From: a virus
Lineage: Duplodnaviria > Heunggongvirae > Uroviricota > Caudoviricetes
Virus record (IMG/VR): IMGVR_UViG_2534682254_000004
DNA length: 16,543 nt
Strand: one strand, 5' to 3'
Under the pieces are notes generated by a model. It saw only the letters and a program-made list of their open reading frames with translations. It did no database searches and was not told the DNA's origin. This document shows, one piece after another, positions 16,109 to 16,543 of the stretch. Position 1 is the first letter of the stretch. Every line of letters starts with the position of its first letter. A program made the position numbers and the translations under genes.

Positions 16109-16543
16109 TTACTCACCAACAGCCCACCAACTGTAATTCATCGATACTGTGGAACTGGTTGATGCAGTTCTGTAAGCGGAATTAAAACCGGTTAATGTTG
16201 GACCTTCTGCGGTCATCACGAATCCCCGTCCAGCACCTAAAGGTGCACCACCATCACCAGAATGGGTAAGCATGGCGCAGTCCACTTTTTTAGGAAAAGG
16301 GATGCTGAATGTAATTCTCATTGTTTGCGTCGATAATGTCGGCGTAATCGCACCACGACCATATTGCAGGATTTTCCCGTTGGGTAATTTCATCCATCCA
16401 TCACCACTGGCAAAAGAAGCCATATCCGGTATCTGATTTTCCCCTGTTCCCACATCCCGTTTTGCCGCTTCTCCCAAACCAAGGTAATCAAGAACTCCCT
16501 GAGTGCTGGTTTTACCAAGAATGGCACGTCCAACACTTGTCAA
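16109..16543 (-). CDS. Alternative tail-fibre C-terminal (receptor-binding) segment, Sv'-like; reading frame continues beyond the window edge
   Basis: Minus-strand ORF whose first 25 codons (LTSVGRAILGKTSTQGVLDYLGLGE) are identical to residues of H encoded at 14511-14586, then diverge into an unrelated C-terminus. Open to the window edge. Confidence 0.75.
   Translation of the reverse strand: MTSVGRAILGKTSTQGVLDYLGLGEAAKRDVGTGENQIPDMASFASGDGWMKLPNGKILQYGRGAITPTLSTQTMRITFSIPFPKKVDCAMLTHSGDGGAPLGAGRGFVMTAEGPTLTGFNSAYRTASTSSTVSMNYSWWAVGE
16468..16543. repeat. Right arm of the tail-fibre inverted repeat, including the second hix-like site at 16469-16494
   Basis: Exact reverse complement of 14511-14586; truncated by the window edge. 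Confidence 0.9.

Overview
This window is the structural/late region of a P2-like (Peduovirus-type) temperate myovirus from an enterobacterial host, read from the accessory region just outside cos through to the tail fibre. Layout: (i) 1-1700, a plasmid-type actin-like partition cassette (parM 3' portion, parR-like) plus a structured intergenic region and a small Cys/His-containing ORF with AT-rich codon usage; (ii) 1700-2158, a palindrome-rich non-coding region with a cos-like motif; (iii) 2159-15071, a syntenic P2 late gene set: Q and P leftward, then O-N-M-L-X, holin, M15-peptidase endolysin, Rz/Rz1 spanins, R-S-V-W-J-I-H rightward, with ATGA/GTGA overlapping junctions; (iv) 14511-16543, a Mu G-segment-like invertible tail-fibre cassette bounded by a perfect inverted repeat of at least 76 bp with a hix/gix-like 26-bp site, two convergent tail-fibre-assembly genes and an alternative fibre tip on the minus strand. 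No tRNA, rRNA, CRISPR array, integrase or invertase gene lies within the window. The two most notable items are the ParMR cassette in the phage accessory position beside cos and the DNA-inversion host-range switch. All homology calls are from reading the translations and from memory of P2, R1 ParM/ParR and Hin/Gin/Cin sites; no database search was run.
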